64,000 bases of DNA, taken from the sequence record PV754031.1; one strand, written 5' to 3'. The translations under genes were made by a program, and so were the position numbers. Shown here piece after piece: positions 9,759-22,883 of the stretch. The notes beneath the pieces were generated by a model. It was given only the letters and a program-made list of their open reading frames with translations, was not told where the DNA came from and did no database searches. The first letter of the stretch is position 1, and every line of letters begins with the position of its first letter.

Positions 9759-11207
9759 CTATTTTGGGAGAATAAATTGTGTATAGGGTGATTGATAAAT
9801 AGCTGAACCATCATCAGTCACGAACACAATTGAATATGAATAAGAATATGGGCCTTCAGCTACTACAAGAATTTCCATTTTAACTTTATTAGCTCCAATA
9901 CGAGCTAATTGGTTTCTACTTGGAATATCGATATTTAATACAAGCTTTAATTTTATCTTACGATCTTTAAATGTGATCGGAACTTCTACAAAGCCTGTAT
10001 TAGATGTAATCGTCTTAAGTAGTTGATAGCCAACTTTCTTACCCTTTGCGACTTCCTCGAAGAAGTGCTCGGTAATATCAATAATACCAACCGACTCTCC
10101 AAGTTTACCAGCCAAGTAATCTTCAAGACGACTGCGCATAACATTAAATGTAGCTACAGCGTCATTTGCCATACGTGGTGGATTAAGAGTCCGACTAATG
10201 AGTTCATCTGTTGGCGTCGACAAAACATTGATATCTTTCCATACGACTAGAGCAGGTAGTCCCATGGATTCAATTTTCTGTCGAATGGTTGCACGGTATG
10301 CGTTTGCCAAATTGATGATACCCAGTTCTGGATTTTCAGTACCCAGTGCTTCTGTATGCATATTAATTAGTAACTGGAGATACTCATCTGGCTCATTTGC
10401 CTTATATACACTGAAGGTTGCTTCAGAGATACGACGCCCTAAAATTAAATCAGCTTTAGCTAATTTATCTTTAGCAGTGTCTTTTGGTTTATGACCATAG
10501 TTATGCATACGACCTAAATTATAGGTGTAATAGAACCCATCTGGTTCTTCTCCAGAGTTAATGGCGAAGAGTAACCTACTTTCGAGGATAAGTGGATTAA
10601 CAACTTGTTTTTTAAGTTTGTTAATTTCTTCGCCTTTAACCGAAACCATCACTGGCTTATCATTATTCTGTCCCGAACCAAGCTTAGCATTAGCATCAGC
10701 TTTTTCATTACCAATGTCTCCGTTATGACCGCGGACCCATTGGATGCTTAATGGTTTATTAGTTTCTTCCCATTTAGCTTTTAGTTCGACCATCTGTTTC
10801 CATAGGTCCTGGTTTGCTACCGGTGTACCGTCTGATTTAATCCAATTGGACTTAATCCATTTGGGTAAATATGCGGTCATACCTTTTCTAACGTATTCAC
10901 TATCCATGAGCATCGTTAGTCTAGGTGCATCTGCTTCATGGGCTATTTTGAAAGCCTCAATTGCAGCGGTTAGCTCACCTGTATTATTAGTAGGGTTATT
11001 AGTTACACTACCAAATGCATCAATATAATTTAAAACAGTGCATGTCTCATCTGCACCTACATCTAAGTATCCCTTAGCTGTTGGTTGCTGTTTGGTGGCT
11101 GCTTTAGATTTCATTGCAACATTTTCATAGGTATAACCATGAATACCCCAACCAGCTTTACCCTGTCGGAATGATCCGTCAGTGTATAAAACCATACCGT
11201 CTGACAT
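9759..11207 (-). CDS. rnhA: Ribonuclease H1 with long C-terminal extension (phiKZ gp155-like)
   Basis: LYTDGS, TNNTGELTA, MDSEYV, PVANQDLW, WVRGHNGDIGNEKADANA: all RNase HI catalytic motifs are present. Confidence 0.95.
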   Translation of the reverse strand: MSDGMVLYTDGSFRQGKAGWGIHGYTYENVAMKSKAATKQQPTAKGYLDVGADETCTVLNYIDAFGSVTNNPTNNTGELTAAIEAFKIAHEADAPRLTMLMDSEYVRKGMTAYLPKWIKSNWIKSDGTPVANQDLWKQMVELKAKWEETNKPLSIQWVRGHNGDIGNEKADANAKLGSGQNNDKPVMVSVKGEEINKLKKQVVNPLILESRLLFAINSGEEPDGFYYTYNLGRMHNYGHKPKDTAKDKLAKADLILGRRISEATFSVYKANEPDEYLQLLINMHTEALGTENPELGIINLANAYRATIRQKIESMGLPALVVWKDINVLSTPTDELISRTLNPPRMANDAVATFNVMRSRLEDYLAGKLGESVGIIDITEHFFEEVAKGKKVGYQLLKTITSNTGFVEVPITFKDRKIKLKLVLNIDIPSRNQLARIGANKVKMEILVVAEGPYSYSYSIVFVTDDGSAIYQSPYTQFILPK

Positions 11208-11262
11208 TATTGTTTCCTCATGTGATCGATTACTAAACTAGATAATAATTCTAGCAAGTAAA

Positions 11263-11664
11263 TTACTCATCACACTTTGCACGCCATTCTTCATATGCTT
11301 GCTCAATTTTAGCGCGCTCAGATACAATATGTGACTTTAATTCTTTTATATAGTCAGTCAACAAGATATCGATTTGTTCCGGAGTTTCTATAAACTCTGT
11401 AATAATCGGTGTTGGCGGTACCGGTTTCTTTCTTGGTAGTTCGAAAACCATACACTTCTTACTAGTATCCTTACTATATTTTTTAGGTGTAGGCAGAACT
11501 TTTTGTATTACCTCTTCTTTAGTTGTAACAACAGATGTATGATCATCTGTAGAAGAGGAGTGTTCATATTGGACCACAGTCGTGTTGTGCGTGTGGTACT
11601 CATGTGGCGTATAAACACAGCCACTGATAAGTGGTAGGAGTATTAGAAAGAACTTTCTTGACAT
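11263..11664 (-). CDS. Lipoprotein, candidate o-spanin
   Basis: MSRKFFLILLPLISG-C lipobox (Cys16 from ATG 11664); Pro-rich PRKKPVPPTP linker; helical C-terminus. Confidence 0.65.
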   Translation of the reverse strand: MSRKFFLILLPLISGCVYTPHEYHTHNTTVVQYEHSSSTDDHTSVVTTKEEVIQKVLPTPKKYSKDTSKKCMVFELPRKKPVPPTPIITEFIETPEQIDILLTDYIKELKSHIVSERAKIEQAYEEWRAKCDE

Positions 11665-11684
11665 GTGATCCACCAATTTGGTAC

Positions 11685-11975
11685 TTACTTTAGCAAGTCA
11701 TTTAAACGACGGCGGCGCTCAAGCATTTCAGCCTTCTCAGGCGTCATTTTCTTGAGTCGATCCATTTCGGCTTTAACGGCCCAGTTGCTTGCTTTAACTG
11801 ACTTCAACTCACTAGTCACTATGAATAAGGTGCCTAGTAATATTACAACTAGGATTAACATTGCCGTGACATGTTTGTTTTCCAGCAACACTTCCTTAAT
11901 TGTTCTATCACCAAAGATAGCCCTCTTAAGGAATGGCCAAACGAAGAGCAAGGCTTTAATAGTCAAACCGAGCAT
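11685..11975 (-). CDS. Membrane protein, candidate i-spanin (or holin)
   Basis: One TM segment (VTAMLILVVILLGTLFIVT) followed by a coiled-coil; GAGGT RBS; immediately upstream of the lipoprotein. Confidence 0.55.
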   Translation of the reverse strand: MLGLTIKALLFVWPFLKRAIFGDRTIKEVLLENKHVTAMLILVVILLGTLFIVTSELKSVKASNWAVKAEMDRLKKMTPEKAEMLERRRRLNDLLK

Positions 11976-12150
11976 GATGACCTCTGTTAGTACTATGCCT
12001 ACCCATAAAAGCCAGTATTGGCATTTCTATCAATAGACTGTTACAAGGGTATTACGTAAAGCTCATAATACCAGACTTTTTATTTTAACACAACTAGAAC
12101 AGACTGATTTTATAGATGGAAACCCATCGCGCTCTAATTATGAGGATTAA

Positions 12151-13491
<1,341 letters not shown>

Positions 13492-13500
13492 TGCATAAAT

Positions 13501-13524
13501 GAGAGAGGGCAAAGGCCCTCTCTT
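13501..13524 (+). terminator. Intrinsic terminator
   Basis: GAGAGAGGGC-AAAG-GCCCTCTCTT. Confidence 0.75.
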
Positions 13525-13546
13525 ATATTAATCTAAAGGTGGCGCA

Positions 13547-14497
13547 ATGCGTAGATTCACTCTTAATCTGGCGGATAACCCGCGTGGACAAGATCCACGA
13601 ATAGGTTTCTTCAAAGCAGTTACAACAGCATATCCGGATTTAGGTTTATCTGAAGATAAGTCCATTATCGTAATGGTAATGGATAGTGCAACTATCGATG
13701 AGCCTAATAGGGCATTTGTTCGTATTCAAAAAGATGCAACTAATAGTGCTGTTTATTACGACTTTCTTTATAATCGTTTTAATGTTAATGATTATATTAA
13801 AAATCCATATTGGACAGCATCGGAAGTAACGGTTGTTCAAGGATTAAAAAATAGCGAAGCTTTAGTTGCGTATGTTGCTAATAAAGCTAAATTAAATTTT
13901 ACTGCTAGTGACATATGGTTAGAAATATCTAATATAACGTATACCGGTGGTAAGAAACAACCAAACTTTTTATTTAAAGCTATTGATTCATCACTATGGT
14001 GGAGAGGATGGTTAAATCTATGGTTACATTCAGGTGGTGATGTTGACCCTGATCCGCCGGACCCAGATCCAGATCCTGATCCAGAACCAACAGATGGCTA
14101 TCAGATATTCCCGCAATTGCTTGTACCATTTACAATTACAGTTGATAATGAAACAGGTAAATTTGGTAATTGGATTTGTCCGCCTTATGATCAAGCTATA
14201 GGTAGGCTATTGGTACTAATGCCTAAACCAGATGATGCTCAAATAGAAGAGTCACCTAAAGGTGTTATACTACCTTCTGGCAATAGCGAGAAACTTAAGG
14301 CTGGTGCTGAATATCGAATACTGAATTTAACTAATGAAGATGTCGATATAGCTACTGCTTATCAACAGAGTATCATTAGGCCAATGTATACAAGTACTGG
14401 TTTCTTACCTAATAATGGCTATACTCGATTTATCTGTTATAATGAAACAACTAAAGCGATGTATACACTTGGTCTGTCATGGTGGATGCAATCATGA
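13547..14497 (+). CDS. Putative virion/tail-associated two-domain protein
   Basis: 316 aa; two domains joined by a DPDPPDPDPDPDPEP linker. Confidence 0.7.
   Translation: MRRFTLNLADNPRGQDPRIGFFKAVTTAYPDLGLSEDKSIIVMVMDSATIDEPNRAFVRIQKDATNSAVYYDFLYNRFNVNDYIKNPYWTASEVTVVQGLKNSEALVAYVANKAKLNFTASDIWLEISNITYTGGKKQPNFLFKAIDSSLWWRGWLNLWLHSGGDVDPDPPDPDPDPDPEPTDGYQIFPQLLVPFTITVDNETGKFGNWICPPYDQAIGRLLVLMPKPDDAQIEESPKGVILPSGNSEKLKAGAEYRILNLTNEDVDIATAYQQSIIRPMYTSTGFLPNNGYTRFICYNETTKAMYTLGLSWWMQS
14045..14089 (+). repeat. Asp-Pro dipeptide linker repeat
   Basis: gac cct gat ccg ccg gac cca gat cca gat cct gat cca gaa cca. Confidence 0.85.
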
Positions 14498-14898
14498 GCG
14501 AATTCTGTTATATCTACCCACCTATGAAAGTAATTGACACGTCTAAAGCAACTGGACGTAAGTTTGATATTGACTCAACTTATCTTAATGCGCACATTAT
14601 CGTTGAAGATCCTAATTATACTGATAATGATAATTCAGATAGTCCATTTATAGTAAATTTACCAGCTACTGCCTATGATACTAAAAAAGGTAAATATGTA
14701 TTTACTATTGCCAATAAGACAAATGGATTATTGGTGATTCGTGCTTATGGTAATCGTTTAGTTGGTAACCGTGTATTCAAAGTTGACTGTCAATTAAACA
14801 AAGGTGAGGCATGTGAATATAGAACGGTTTATGATTCATTAGAAAATGAATTATACTGGTCTATCGAAGGACGTGTAATGACGGATGTACAGGAGTAA
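14494..14898 (+). CDS. Hypothetical beta-rich protein
   Basis: ATGA overlap with the upstream stop favours start 14494; resembles the C-terminal domain of the upstream protein. Confidence 0.7.
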   Translation: MSEFCYIYPPMKVIDTSKATGRKFDIDSTYLNAHIIVEDPNYTDNDNSDSPFIVNLPATAYDTKKGKYVFTIANKTNGLLVIRAYGNRLVGNRVFKVDCQLNKGEACEYRTVYDSLENELYWSIEGRVMTDVQE

Positions 14899-14901
14899 AT
14901 C

Positions 14902-15375
14902 ATGGCAGATACATCAAAATGTGATAATTTCATTCCTGGTGCATTTTACACAACAATAAATAAATATCCATTAAAAATGAAACACCCTCTTTATGGAGAT
15001 GATGTTATTTATAATCTGTTAGATGTTAAAGATTATTTTGATACTAACATTATCTTTAAAGAAGAAGATGGATATGTATCATCACCAACAACACCTACAT
15101 TTATTGGCACTGTTATTAAATATAATACATCATTGCCAAATGGATTTACTTTCGTATTGAGTTTCTATGAAAAAGATCCTATTAATGGCAAAGAGACTAG
15201 GGACTCATTAAGTTTTTGGGCACAAGACAAAGATGGTAAATTAGTTATACCTAGAGGTTTTCCATTTGAAGATGCTTCTGTGCGCGGTACGGTTGGACAA
15301 CGATTTATATTAGTCAGACCTAATGGCCAAACAACTGGTGATTATATTTGGGTTTGTCCTGGTCAAGCATTTTAA
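14902..15375 (+). CDS. Hypothetical protein
   Basis: 157-aa ORF, AGGAG RBS. Confidence 0.75.
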   Translation: MADTSKCDNFIPGAFYTTINKYPLKMKHPLYGDDVIYNLLDVKDYFDTNIIFKEEDGYVSSPTTPTFIGTVIKYNTSLPNGFTFVLSFYEKDPINGKETRDSLSFWAQDKDGKLVIPRGFPFEDASVRGTVGQRFILVRPNGQTTGDYIWVCPGQAF

Positions 15376-15380
15376 TTTAA

Positions 15381-15408
15381 AGCGGATCTGCTTTAAAGTG
15401 GATCCGCT
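15381..15408 (+). terminator. Intrinsic terminator
   Basis: AGCGGATC...GATCCGCT followed by ATTATTT. Confidence 0.7.
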
Positions 15409-15449
15409 ATTATTTCGTCTTAAAGTAACTATAGTGCTCAATTGAATGA

Positions 15450-16109
<660 letters not shown>

Positions 16110-16144
16110 CAACCTTATGAACTTTAATACTCCGGAGTTTTAAA

Positions 16145-17713
16145 ATGGCTAAGAAAAAAACAGTTCCCGCAATGGATTTCTTTGCAAGTCTTGAGCGCGT
16201 TTCTGATGCTGAAGATAAGAATGTCAATCTTGATGTTGGTAAAGAATTACCAGAACAATTAAAAGATGATGAAGATGGTAAAGTAAATCCATGTGATGAA
16301 GTTACCAATGTCGTTACCAATACCCCAATTGACGTATGCAAAGGTCCAGATGTTGATGGAACTGCTGATAAGATCAATGATAAGAAGATTCATGTTAGTC
16401 AAGGGCTAAAAGAATTCCAAGTAGCTAAAGGTGATCGTGTTGAAAACGAAATCACTGAAACAGCTGATGAAATGATCACTAAAGTAAGTGATACTAAAGA
16501 TCTTAATGTTAGTACCAAAAAACCACACCAAATTGCAGATGTCCCATCGAATGAAGACATTTCTATTATGGAAGCCAATGAGACTGAGCAGCTAGACCAT
16601 GGCTATGATGCCACCGCACTACTGGAAACTACTGAAGATATCATCACTGGTGAACTAGATGATCATCTAGAATCATTATCAGTTGAAATGTTTACAATTG
16701 TAAATGAACTGACTAAAGTAGAATCTGTTCAAACTGCATTAGAAAACTATATTGGTTTAGTTAGTAACCGCCATCATCGCGGGCATGATGTCGATCATGA
16801 TCTAGCTAAAGCTATTAGCATCGCGCTAGAGTCATTTGACTATAAATATTTTAATAACACTGTGCCATCAATGGAATCCTTTATATCACCGCTAACTCGG
16901 CCTAAAGCTTCTATTGAAGTATTAGATAATCTACAAGCTAAAGCAAAAGAAGTATCTACTGTTGCATTAGATTTCATTAAGAAGCTAATTCGCATTGTTG
17001 TAGAAACTTATCAACGTATTCGCCAGAATGTCAGTAATCAAATAGAACGCGTTAATAAGATCATGAAACGCGTTAAAGAGAATGAACTACCCGATGAAGT
17101 TCGTACTATCGCAATTCCACGCGATCTGATTCTAGGTGACACTGGTGAGAGTTGGGTTGGTGTAGACCCTGTTCAGGGGGTTACTGTAATCCGTAATCTA
17201 TTTGACAGCATTGAAAAGAATGGACTGCGTGCTCTTAAAGCAGCCTTAGCTGGAAAAACAACTGATGATAAAGCACTGGCTTTAGCTAAAGGTATGTTTG
17301 GAACAGCTACCAAAATTAATGCTAATGGTGTCCGATATGCTAGCCCGGTTGTACCCGGTAATCGTGTTTATACCTTTGGTAAAGACAAAGCTGCGGTAGA
17401 CTTCTCCATTCTTGATGCACCGGGTAAACCCAACTATGGAATTACTGTTGAACTATTAGTTGATAAGAATGTTGTTATGGCTCAGCTAAAAGCAGTTCAT
17501 AACCTCCTAAATCATCTAAATAATATTCGCGGTATCTCTAAAGAGTCAACTGCTGAAATCATTGCACAGATGACTGATAAAGAAGCAACCAATGTTGGTA
17601 AGGCTTATCTAACTGGCACCACTGAAGCTAGTAATGATCTGTTTAAATGTGTGATGATCTGGATCACCGTACTTGAGAAACTAGTTGATAGTGAAATCAA
17701 GGAAACTGAATAG
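16145..17713 (+). CDS. Inner head / inner-body protein (phiKZ gp162-like)
   Basis: 522 aa; long acidic propeptide with SVE, IALE, PSME protease-type motifs followed by a helical core. Confidence 0.75.
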   Translation: MAKKKTVPAMDFFASLERVSDAEDKNVNLDVGKELPEQLKDDEDGKVNPCDEVTNVVTNTPIDVCKGPDVDGTADKINDKKIHVSQGLKEFQVAKGDRVENEITETADEMITKVSDTKDLNVSTKKPHQIADVPSNEDISIMEANETEQLDHGYDATALLETTEDIITGELDDHLESLSVEMFTIVNELTKVESVQTALENYIGLVSNRHHRGHDVDHDLAKAISIALESFDYKYFNNTVPSMESFISPLTRPKASIEVLDNLQAKAKEVSTVALDFIKKLIRIVVETYQRIRQNVSNQIERVNKIMKRVKENELPDEVRTIAIPRDLILGDTGESWVGVDPVQGVTVIRNLFDSIEKNGLRALKAALAGKTTDDKALALAKGMFGTATKINANGVRYASPVVPGNRVYTFGKDKAAVDFSILDAPGKPNYGITVELLVDKNVVMAQLKAVHNLLNHLNNIRGISKESTAEIIAQMTDKEATNVGKAYLTGTTEASNDLFKCVMIWITVLEKLVDSEIKETE

Positions 17714-17722
17714 GTAAACATA

Positions 17723-18910
17723 ATGTCCACATATGCAGAACTATTAATTACCAATAATGAACTCAAAGAGGCTATTGTTTCTGTTGAAGCATATCGCCAT
17801 CGATTAGCTCGTTATCAAGATCTGCTAGATGGACGTGACGTAGCATCTGAAGACCTGTCTAAAGCGATGTCATTTGCTTTAGAAAGTATCGATCCCGCCT
17901 TCTCCATAAAAGAAGGCGGTATAATTACACTACGTGCTTTAAAAGATGCATTAGTTCGAGCTGCTAAGGCTGCACGAGATATTGTGCGGATGGTAATCGA
18001 AACACTCACGGCATTCTACGTCAAGTTTACTGGCAGTATTTCACATGTGCGTAAAACACAGCAAAAATTATCTAGGCGACTTGCAAAACTAGGTAATCGT
18101 ACGACTAATACTCGATTGACTGTTTCTGGTTTACAGCGATTATCTATTAACGGTGAATTCATTGGTGATCGACCAGATAATCTTTTAGATATCAAAGAAG
18201 TCACTAATTATATTTTAATGACTTATCCTAAAATGACTTCTAATATTGCTCGAAATATTAGTAGACAAGCATTGAATATCTTAGATAATCAAGGCGAAGA
18301 TACCACTACAGAAATCATTGATGAGTTATTACAATCTTTTGCCGATATAGTGCGTCGTGATTTTAAAGCGCCGCCAGGGGATGAGCCATTAAAGAAAGGT
18401 GAGACTACTTCTACTGGTACCCATAGAAGTTATATTTTACCAGCTAATCGTGCATTTGTTTATACTGATGCTGACCATATAGCTACATCAGTTACTAATA
18501 AACAATCTGCACTAGAAATGGTTCGCAATACATTTACAATGGAATTTACAGAGTTACAAATCAATGCAATTGATAGCACTGAACGAGATATAGAAGTACC
18601 TTCTGTAACTACGCTAAGTGATATTGTAACTGGTATTGCTAATATTTTAACGATCGCTGAACGTGCTAAACAAGGCGAAGTAGAATATAAAACAGTTAAG
18701 GTAGTTGTAGATGATTCAATTCGACAGCTAGCTGAACGTAGTGAGTTATTGGGAAGGGCAAATGGCGAGGCAATTAATATGCTCGCTGAGATATCCCGAA
18801 AATTAGCAGAACCTGTTGGTAACTACACCCATTGGTTAGCAGTAACTCTTAAAGTCTGGTTAACATTTGTTAGTCACTGCATTACTCATTATGAGAATGA
18901 AGGTATTTAA
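17723..18910 (+). CDS. Head protein, paralogue of the upstream gene (phiKZ gp163-like)
   Basis: DLSKAMSFALES parallels DLAKAISIALES of the upstream protein; shared PGNR/PANR motif. Confidence 0.75.
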   Translation: MSTYAELLITNNELKEAIVSVEAYRHRLARYQDLLDGRDVASEDLSKAMSFALESIDPAFSIKEGGIITLRALKDALVRAAKAARDIVRMVIETLTAFYVKFTGSISHVRKTQQKLSRRLAKLGNRTTNTRLTVSGLQRLSINGEFIGDRPDNLLDIKEVTNYILMTYPKMTSNIARNISRQALNILDNQGEDTTTEIIDELLQSFADIVRRDFKAPPGDEPLKKGETTSTGTHRSYILPANRAFVYTDADHIATSVTNKQSALEMVRNTFTMEFTELQINAIDSTERDIEVPSVTTLSDIVTGIANILTIAERAKQGEVEYKTVKVVVDDSIRQLAERSELLGRANGEAINMLAEISRKLAEPVGNYTHWLAVTLKVWLTFVSHCITHYENEGI

Positions 18911-18946
18911 CAGCATAAGCCCTCCCATAGTGGGAGGGCATTATGT
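18911..18946. terminator. Bidirectional terminator (CATAA-GCCCTC family)
   Basis: cagcataaGCCCTCCCA-TAG-TGGGAGGGCattatgt between convergent genes. Confidence 0.85.
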
Positions 18947-18949
18947 TCT

Positions 18950-20122
<1,173 letters not shown>

Positions 20123-20171
20123 TTACTAGGGTTATTAACTCTATAGAGTAAGACATTATTAAGGGTTAATC

Positions 20172-22664
20172 ATGCAGATCAAGCTACTTAAGCTAATTGG
20201 CTATACTAGGTTGATGGCCAATAATACACATTATTTTGAATGGACTCCAAGCAAACAGATGATGGTTATACTTGGTAGTAATGGTTCTGGCAAATCATCT
20301 ATTATTAGTGAACTGACACCTGTTGTATCTAGCAGTTCAAACTTCAAGCAAGGTGGCGAGAAACATTTCTATTGTCATGCAAATGGTAAAGACTATAAAT
20401 TAATTTCTAAATATAACCGTGGCACTGGACATCATTCCTTTTTATGTAATGATGAAGAATTAAATAGTGGTCATACCTTTAAAGAACAAGAAGAACTTGT
20501 AATGGCGCATTTCGGGTTAAACCGAGAACTTCATGAAATGTTGACAGGTAAGATGCGTTTTACAAAGTTAAAGCCTAATGAACGTAAAACATGGTTAACT
20601 AGGATGTCCGTAGTCAACCTTGATTATGCATTTAATGTTTATAACAAAGTACGTAAAGAATTATCTAACCAGCAAGGCACTGTTAAAACAATTAATAAAC
20701 GATTGGTTACAGAACACCATGGGGTATTAAATGATTCAGAAATGACACAGTTGAAAGAAGTAAAACAACGGTTAGTTAATCGTATTGATTTGCTTTATAA
20801 AACTCGTGATAAAAAAGGTGTCCTTCATTTTAGAGATGAAGCCACTGCACGTAAAGAATTAGATTCTATCTTAGATGAAGCTCGTTCATTGTTAATGTCA
20901 TTTCCAATGTTACCTATTCAAGTTAAAGTAGATGGGTATGAATCTTTCTTAGAACTAAATAATAAGAAGATTGAAGAATATAAATCTATACAAGCAGTTA
21001 TTGCACGTTTAGTTGAAGAATTAGAAGAATTAAAAAGCTCTAATCCGAATACAGCTGAACGTATGTCTCCAGAAGAAATACAAGAACTTAAGGACAGACA
21101 TGAACATCATACACGCATTGCTGAAGAAGCTATTAGTAAATATAAGAAGTATACCGGTAGATTTCCTTTGGTTGACATTTCTGTTAACGGTGATCCATCT
21201 GGTAAACTTACTGATCTCTCAGATCGTTGGATCAAACTTCTCACTACATTTCCTAATAATGAGAATGGTTACTTAAGTAAAGAAACTGCTATTAAAAATG
21301 CAGAAAGGCTAAAAGAATTAAAAAGTAAATACTCAACCATGGAAGGCATGTATTTACAAATTAATCAACGCCTAAATTCATTTAAGGAATGTGCATCTAT
21401 TATTTGTCCATCGTGCACTCATTCATTTAAACCTGGTGTTAGTGAACAAGATATCACAATAGCAGAAGAGCGCAAAGCTAAGTTAGATGAAGCGATGGAT
21501 AGCTGTTCAAATGAGATCAAGGTTCTTGAACAGTACATGACTGACTTCAATGAATATGTAAGTTATGTACATGGCTACGTTCAATTAACGAAAGAGTATA
21601 ACGAATTTGATACATTATGGAACTATGTAGCTGAGCATATCGTAATGTATCGCACACCAGCAAAATATATAAATGATGCATTAGACTGGCGAGATGCAAT
21701 GCAGCAACTCATTGTCTCTAAGCAAGCTCATGCGGAAGCTACTTTATTAGCTCAACGACTACGTGTTATTGCTGAGATGGATCAAGATGCATTAGGATTC
21801 ATTAAGGCACGTACAACTGCACTAGAAACTGAAATTAATAATAAAACACATGTAGCAACTGACTTACAAAGAAAAGCAGCTCATTTCAATAAAGCTGGTA
21901 ATGCTATTCGTGAATGGGAAGATAAGTATCATTCTTTTATTGAACGGTGGGAGCAGTTTATTAAAAAGATAGTGGATACAGCTGACAACTTTGTAGATAA
22001 GGCATACCAAGCGGAGATTGATGCTGTTAACTTAGAACTATCTAGTGTACATAGCCGTTTAAGTGAAATGGAACGTCATGAAGAACGTATTAAAGTTTTA
22101 GAATCAGAAGTTAACCATGCACAACAAATGGCTACTGATTTAGCTATTCTTGAAAAAGCATTATCACCAAAAAGTGGTATTCTTGGTCGCTATTTATTAG
22201 GTTTCTTACAAGGAGTAGTTAAACTAGTAAATGCATACATCAATGAGATTTGGACTTATAGGTTAGAAGTATTACCTTCTAATGTTGACAAAGATGGCAT
22301 GGATTATAAGTTCCCAATGCATATTGCAGGTGGTGACGTTCAGCCACCGGACATTGAATACGGGTCTGACTCACAATTAGAGATTGTTGATTTTGCTTTT
22401 AGAATGGCTATCTTGAAATTTTTACATCTAGATGACATGCCCCTTTTCTTAGATGAATTTAGCAGGACTTTTGATGAACAACATCGAGCCAATGCTATTC
22501 CATTCATTAACAGGTTAATTGAAAATGGCATTGTTAATCAAGTGTTCTTCATCAGCCACTTTGAATCAACACACGGTGCATTTAACCAAGCTGAATTTAT
22601 TGTACTTGATCCAGCTAATATTAGTACTCCAGAAGTATTTAATAAAAATCTAGTATTAAAATAA
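20172..22664 (+). CDS. sbcC: SbcC/Rad50-like ABC ATPase (phiKZ gp165-like)
   Basis: Walker A GSNGSGKS, coiled coils, CPSC zinc hook, GSDSQ signature, Walker B LFLDE, ISH H-loop. Confidence 0.92.
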   Translation: MQIKLLKLIGYTRLMANNTHYFEWTPSKQMMVILGSNGSGKSSIISELTPVVSSSSNFKQGGEKHFYCHANGKDYKLISKYNRGTGHHSFLCNDEELNSGHTFKEQEELVMAHFGLNRELHEMLTGKMRFTKLKPNERKTWLTRMSVVNLDYAFNVYNKVRKELSNQQGTVKTINKRLVTEHHGVLNDSEMTQLKEVKQRLVNRIDLLYKTRDKKGVLHFRDEATARKELDSILDEARSLLMSFPMLPIQVKVDGYESFLELNNKKIEEYKSIQAVIARLVEELEELKSSNPNTAERMSPEEIQELKDRHEHHTRIAEEAISKYKKYTGRFPLVDISVNGDPSGKLTDLSDRWIKLLTTFPNNENGYLSKETAIKNAERLKELKSKYSTMEGMYLQINQRLNSFKECASIICPSCTHSFKPGVSEQDITIAEERKAKLDEAMDSCSNEIKVLEQYMTDFNEYVSYVHGYVQLTKEYNEFDTLWNYVAEHIVMYRTPAKYINDALDWRDAMQQLIVSKQAHAEATLLAQRLRVIAEMDQDALGFIKARTTALETEINNKTHVATDLQRKAAHFNKAGNAIREWEDKYHSFIERWEQFIKKIVDTADNFVDKAYQAEIDAVNLELSSVHSRLSEMERHEERIKVLESEVNHAQQMATDLAILEKALSPKSGILGRYLLGFLQGVVKLVNAYINEIWTYRLEVLPSNVDKDGMDYKFPMHIAGGDVQPPDIEYGSDSQLEIVDFAFRMAILKFLHLDDMPLFLDEFSRTFDEQHRANAIPFINRLIENGIVNQVFFISHFESTHGAFNQAEFIVLDPANISTPEVFNKNLVLK

Positions 22665-22671
22665 TTATAAG

Positions 22672-22706
22672 CAACATAAGCCCTCCCGCAATGGGAGGGC
22701 ATTATA
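22672..22706. terminator. Bidirectional terminator (CATAA-GCCCTC family)
   Basis: cataaGCCCTCCC-GCAAT-GGGAGGGCattat. Confidence 0.85.
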
Positions 22707-22883
22707 TTAGTAACTATCTTTATAAGTGCTATTAAGTGAAACACTTTCAAAACTCTTTTTATTTTTATCAGCCTCAACAAAGTCTTTACCAACTGATTGT
22801 GGTACACCAACTTTCTTAGCAAACTTCTTATCATTGGCTACAGCAGCCATGAAGTTATGTTGTTTTTTACTTTTACTAGGCAT
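22707..22883 (-). CDS. Small basic conserved phage protein, 58 aa (missed by ORF track)
   Basis: MPSKSKKQHNFMAAVANDKKFAKKVGVPQSVGKDFVEADKNKKSFESVSLNSTYKDSY; GAGGA RBS 7 nt upstream; ends at the terminator. Confidence 0.85.
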   Translation of the reverse strand: MPSKSKKQHNFMAAVANDKKFAKKVGVPQSVGKDFVEADKNKKSFESVSLNSTYKDSY

